From positions 1-30,519 of the IMG/VR virus record IMGVR_UViG_3300046327_000110: a stretch of DNA of 30,519 nucleotides; one strand, written 5' to 3'. The notes under the pieces were generated by a model that made no database searches, was not told where the DNA came from, and worked only from the letters and a program-made list of their open reading frames with translations. The position numbers were made by a program, and so were the translations under genes. Below, in pieces: positions 26,470 through 30,519 of this stretch. Origin of the DNA: a virus (lineage: Duplodnaviria > Caudoviricetes). How positions within the stretch are numbered: the stretch's first letter is position 1; the number at the start of each line of letters is the position of its first letter.

Positions 26470-26984
26470 TGAACAGAATCGAGTCTATACCAGAATTTGA
26501 AAAACTTACTCATTATAAGGAGTATGATCCATATGAAGGTGGTTATAGATATAGATATGTAACTCTAAAAGAAATTGAGTTTCGTGTGTTATATCCATTA
26601 ATTCCAAGAGGACAGAAAATAATCTTTAAGGATAAGAAGGGAGGAGTCTGGATGACAATGACTCCTTATAAGATAACTATATCAAAAGATTATGCTTGGG
26701 ATGGATGCACACCTAAACGTTGGTGGGGTATTTGGTGGGGAACCCCAGATTTTGAATCTACTATATTAGCATCATTATTACATGATGTTTTATTACAATT
26801 CTATACAACTAAACATTTTCCATTAAGTAGATATGAAATAGATAATTTCTTCAAATATATATTAGAGGAACACGATTTTATATTATCAAAAATATATTAT
26901 TATGGAGTTAGAAGTTGGAGCACTATATCTCCCGCCGAAGATTATAATGTTAAATCTGAGTTGACAACTATACCAAAAGACTAA
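26469..26984 (+). CDS. DUF1353-like protein
   Basis: YAWDGCT, ASLLHDVL, R.EID..F..IL, YYGVR. Confidence 0.7.
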   Translation: MNRIESIPEFEKLTHYKEYDPYEGGYRYRYVTLKEIEFRVLYPLIPRGQKIIFKDKKGGVWMTMTPYKITISKDYAWDGCTPKRWWGIWWGTPDFESTILASLLHDVLLQFYTTKHFPLSRYEIDNFFKYILEEHDFILSKIYYYGVRSWSTISPAEDYNVKSELTTIPKD

Positions 26985-26987
26985 ATA
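26982..26987 (+). promoter_or_regulatory. Late promoter core TAAATA
   Basis: 7 nt before ATG 26995 (4 nt before TTG 26992). Confidence 0.6.
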
Positions 26988-26994
26988 TAATTTG

Positions 26995-29760
26995 ATGAAA
27001 TTGTTTAGCGAAAAGGTGAACCCCACCTTAACTAACTCTTCTCAAAACATCTTAAGCGTTGAATCTTTCGAAGAAATATTTTTCGGTGTTTATGAGATAG
27101 AGATAAACAAGTCCAAATATCCTGTTGAAAAGATTTCCGAACACAATGGTAATCCAATAGTGTCTTTGCCTGTTTTAGTTAAGGGTGTAAAGAAATACTA
27201 CCCATTTGTATTAATACAGGGTAAATTCGAAGTATTATTTAATGAAAATAATACCATAAACAAAGTGGTTGATAATTTTGAGGAACCCCCCTCCGTTATA
27301 GTTGAACATGCCGTTGAGGATTCTCCGGTATCAGTTGAGGAAGAAATTTCCGTTCCAGAGTTAATTGATAATAAAAAACAAATTCTGGAACAGATTGAAA
27401 AGGCCAAAAAAGAAGCGGTATATTTTGCGTCAAAGATCAAGAAACAAAAATTGGATGAAGCCAACTTGGTAATAAAATCCAAGAAAAAAGCTTTAGAAAA
27501 CATGGTAAGAGATGCCAGATCATCCCTTGTTACTGAATTTGTATCGGTTTCTAAAAAAATCAAAGATGAATTTATTGATGAAAATGATAGTAGATTTGAG
27601 GAAATCAAAGAAACTATTAATAATAAAATTTCCGATATGTCGGATACATTATGGGAGTCTCTGAAGAAAGACTTTAATACATCCGAGAAACAATTCGAAT
27701 CTAAAATACGTCAATTTGTAAAGGAATTATATGAATCTTTACAACCACAAATTGATAATGAGTTAAAGGAAATTGCAACTCAAATCGTTGAAAAGGTTGA
27801 TACTATTGAAAAGGATTTAGGTAAAAAACTTGAGACAAAAGTTGATAAAGTTGTAATAGAAAATTTTGAAGGAGAACTAAATTCCATAGCAAAGGCCAAT
27901 ATTGAGCTTAATGATAAGATTAATAAAGGTGTTAATAAAGCACTTTCAAGAGTTGGCAATGCCGATAAGAGGGTTGATGAATTAACCATAGCTCTTTCTG
28001 AAGAAGTTAATGATCGTGTTAACAAAGCGGAAGATCATATAACCAATTATTACAAGGAAAGAATTAAGTTACTTGAAGATAAGACGTTTGAACTCAATGA
28101 AGAGACTAGAAAATATTTTATTGAAGTAATCACTGAATCCCGAAATAATCTCATTGAAGAAGTTCGTAAATTAAAAAATGAGAAACCTATTGAATATATA
28201 GTCGAATCAAAAGGTAAGAAACAAACCATAAATTCCGACGATTTGGTTAAGGATTTTGATAAGAAAATCAATTCCAAAATTGACAATGAAGTTACAAGAC
28301 TTCGTAGATATATTGCGGTTTATTCTGGTGGTGGTTCTGTAGCAATGCAATTTGCAGATGGGGGAACTATGAATGGTAATCTCAATGTTAATGGTAATCT
28401 GACTGTCTTTGGTACTATCAGCGCAAGTGAATATTTAGGTATTTCTACTGGTGGTTCTAGTGGTTCAGACGTATCTGGATTATCTGCTAACTGGCAAAAC
28501 ACATATACAACAGTTTTAGCCAATAGTGGTGCTTGGGGGGCTGTGAGTGATCCTGTAAAAACAACTTTAACTGGTAATGGAACCCTATCAACATTTTTCA
28601 TTAGTGGTGCAAACAATTTAATAAACCCATCCGCTATAACAGTAGCTATTGATGGAGCATTACAGGAACCTATAGTGGACTATTCGTTATCCGGTGGATT
28701 TATCACTTTTACTTCTCCCATTCCAAATGGTTCCAAAGCAGTAGTGATATCTCCGACAAACTCTTTACAAGTTTCTCAAATGGTTCCCGCTGATGGTAGT
28801 GTGACTTCAACAAAACTTGCTTCCGATATAGCAATAGCGGGACAATTAACCGCGCCGAATCAATTAATTAATACTTCTAATGATGTATTAACAGTGGAGT
28901 CGATGTTGGATGAAGACTTTATTTTTGTACATGATGATTTTTGGGGCGGGGGAACCATATCCAACCAAATGCAGAGTCCTATAGGTTGGGCGGCTACCGT
29001 TATTCAAGGTTCTTCAACAGCTAGATATGGTAGGCACACATTTTTAAACATACCTTGTGCTGGAAGCGTTTCATTATTAACTGGAGCCAATAGAAGAGAT
29101 GGTGTCGCAATTTATACTAACACTAATCATAGTGGTGGCGGTGTTTATAACTCAGCAGATTTAAATTCTACTGCGATATTTAAAGTTAGGTTTAAATTAG
29201 CTGACTCAACCTCATACGGTTTAAGAATAGGTTTTACTACTCCCCCTGCGTCTGGAGTAATCAACCCGACTCGATTTATAGGTATGGACGCGACTCCATC
29301 CTCAACAGCTTGGAATGCTGGTCAAGTTATTGCTTTAAACGAATATAGAAGACCAACGGTAGCTAATGGCAGACGTTATTATGCTTCTGTCGCGGGGACA
29401 ACATCGGGATCAGAACCAACATGGCCCACATCCGCAACAGTAGTTGATGGAACGGTTACTTGGACAGAAGATGGGAGAGATGGAAATGTAAACTTCCAAT
29501 TTCTAACAAGAGATTCAACTGATCGTTTGACAGGAACTATTCAAGATTCTGGTATTGTTGTAGATACTAATTGGCATATATTTACCATGAGGTATAATGG
29601 TTCAAATAATTGGAGAATGTCCATAGATTCAGGGGTAGAACAAAGTCTGACAATATCGACTACGACTCTCAACTTTTCATTTTTAGGACAAAATTATACT
29701 ACGTCCGCGAGAGAATGTCTTATCGACTACTTTAGATTTTTACAAATAGGAAGACCTTAA
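26995..29760 (+). CDS. Large virion fibre-like protein: long coiled coil, fibre modules, lectin-like C-terminus
   Basis: E/K-rich heptads over residues ~120-440; SGGGSVAMQFADGGTMNGNLNV; GNG..STF...IDGALQEP..DY module; WNAG...AGTTSGSEPTWPT...DGTVTW CBM5/12-like insert; DTNWHIF. TTG 26992 is the alternative start. Confidence 0.7.
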   Translation: MKLFSEKVNPTLTNSSQNILSVESFEEIFFGVYEIEINKSKYPVEKISEHNGNPIVSLPVLVKGVKKYYPFVLIQGKFEVLFNENNTINKVVDNFEEPPSVIVEHAVEDSPVSVEEEISVPELIDNKKQILEQIEKAKKEAVYFASKIKKQKLDEANLVIKSKKKALENMVRDARSSLVTEFVSVSKKIKDEFIDENDSRFEEIKETINNKISDMSDTLWESLKKDFNTSEKQFESKIRQFVKELYESLQPQIDNELKEIATQIVEKVDTIEKDLGKKLETKVDKVVIENFEGELNSIAKANIELNDKINKGVNKALSRVGNADKRVDELTIALSEEVNDRVNKAEDHITNYYKERIKLLEDKTFELNEETRKYFIEVITESRNNLIEEVRKLKNEKPIEYIVESKGKKQTINSDDLVKDFDKKINSKIDNEVTRLRRYIAVYSGGGSVAMQFADGGTMNGNLNVNGNLTVFGTISASEYLGISTGGSSGSDVSGLSANWQNTYTTVLANSGAWGAVSDPVKTTLTGNGTLSTFFISGANNLINPSAITVAIDGALQEPIVDYSLSGGFITFTSPIPNGSKAVVISPTNSLQVSQMVPADGSVTSTKLASDIAIAGQLTAPNQLINTSNDVLTVESMLDEDFIFVHDDFWGGGTISNQMQSPIGWAATVIQGSSTARYGRHTFLNIPCAGSVSLLTGANRRDGVAIYTNTNHSGGGVYNSADLNSTAIFKVRFKLADSTSYGLRIGFTTPPASGVINPTRFIGMDATPSSTAWNAGQVIALNEYRRPTVANGRRYYASVAGTTSGSEPTWPTSATVVDGTVTWTEDGRDGNVNFQFLTRDSTDRLTGTIQDSGIVVDTNWHIFTMRYNGSNNWRMSIDSGVEQSLTISTTTLNFSFLGQNYTTSARECLIDYFRFLQIGRP

Positions 29761-29761
29761 T

Positions 29762-30519
29762 ATGGCACAAACAAAAATCACATCAAACATCCTAGCCACA
29801 AACGCCGCACAAGACAACTTGAATGCGGGATCTAGTATCACTTTAACCAAACCTATTACTTTGTCAGGCGTTTCCGTTGCGAGTCTTTCCGCTTCTGGAA
29901 ATATATCCGCATCTGGAACAGTAACAGGAACAAACCTAGTCTATACAACAACCAATCAAAGTATAGACGGTGACAAAACATTCCTACAAAACATAGTAGG
30001 AAATGGAACAAATAATAGATTACCGAATCAAACTGCAAATACACCGGAAAGTATTATAACAAAGGAATTATTAGCATCTCAGTTTTTATATCATAATCAC
30101 GTTCAGATATTTCCCGCATTATGGGCAAATGCTACTGTGGCTATCAGCGGTGCGGGTGCTAATAATAGCACTTACACAGATCAGTTAAGACTTGATGGGA
30201 CCACCAGCACATCTTTATCGGGTGCAATTACATTAAAATCATCCGCCACTCCAAATTTTGGGTTAATTGATCCTTCAAATCCTGCTTCGGTTGCATCTTT
30301 TTACGGTCCATTGATGTTTAAAATAAGACTATATCACACCTATAATAATAACTATGATAGAGATAATCAATCTTGGTGTGTATGTTTTGGTGCTCACTCA
30401 ACCGAACCAACAGCAAACATAACCACTCTGATGCCATCTCCCCAAAGTAATGCATCTAGGGGATATGTCGCTTTGTTCTGTGACCGTGGAGCGATAAAAC
30501 TTGTAACTCAAAAAGGAAC
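29762..30519 (+). CDS. Second fibre-like protein (partial, runs off the window; absent from the ORF track)
   Basis: ATG 29762 opens MAQTKITSNILATNAAQDNLNAGSS...NLVYTTTNQSIDGDKTF with no stop to the window end; S/T/G/N-rich. Confidence 0.8.
   Translation, partial: MAQTKITSNILATNAAQDNLNAGSSITLTKPITLSGVSVASLSASGNISASGTVTGTNLVYTTTNQSIDGDKTFLQNIVGNGTNNRLPNQTANTPESIITKELLASQFLYHNHVQIFPALWANATVAISGAGANNSTYTDQLRLDGTTSTSLSGAITLKSSATPNFGLIDPSNPASVASFYGPLMFKIRLYHTYNNNYDRDNQSWCVCFGAHSTEPTANITTLMPSPQSNASRGYVALFCDRGAIKLVTQKG

Noticed and set aside
878-30044. Short ORFs nested in or antisense to longer genes (e.g. 878-1147, 2509-2775, 3555-3968, 14206-14595, 21623-21985, 27198-27608, 28320-28616, 29856-30044)
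   Set aside because: Shadows of well-supported genes, with no motifs, promoters or coupling of their own.
1-30519. CRISPR arrays, tRNAs, rRNA, introns/inteins, reverse transcriptase or DGR repeats, transposases
   Set aside because: None seen; almost no intergenic space, and core genes appear uninterrupted. A tRNAscan/Infernal run would be needed to exclude small RNAs fully.
1-30519. Stop-codon reassignment
   Set aside because: Standard code gives full-length genes at high density; TAA, TGA and TAG (18131-18133) all end genes.

Overview
This AT-rich, densely packed window is from a large T4-like (myovirus-type) tailed phage, read with the standard genetic code. Recognisable phage genes are portal gp20, neck gp13, tail terminator gp15, clamp-loader small subunit gp62, a GroES/gp31-like co-chaperonin, PhoH, a GIY-YIG nuclease, a DinG-like Fe-S helicase, an AAA ATPase and two fibre-like proteins. 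About 11 kb (6709-17517) is a glycan-building cluster with roughly ten glycosyltransferase-like genes, a nucleotidyltransferase, a methyltransferase and two sulfotransferases. Main signals not explained by the ORF track: (1) a T9 run at the end of gp15 whose -1 frame encodes a 36-aa structural-looking extension that nearly fills the gap to the portal promoter; (2) a TAAATA late-promoter core mostly 5-7 nt before 12 start codons, plus sigma70 promoters with the same spacing, implying largely leaderless mRNAs; (3) a late operon of proteins with N-termini like T4 capsid-targeting peptides, including a RimB-like retropepsin; (4) an origin-like inverted-repeat element with a GC-rich core at 48-262; (5) all four convergent gene pairs sharing one TTAA as overlapping stop codons. 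Family calls come from motif recognition by eye; no database search was run.
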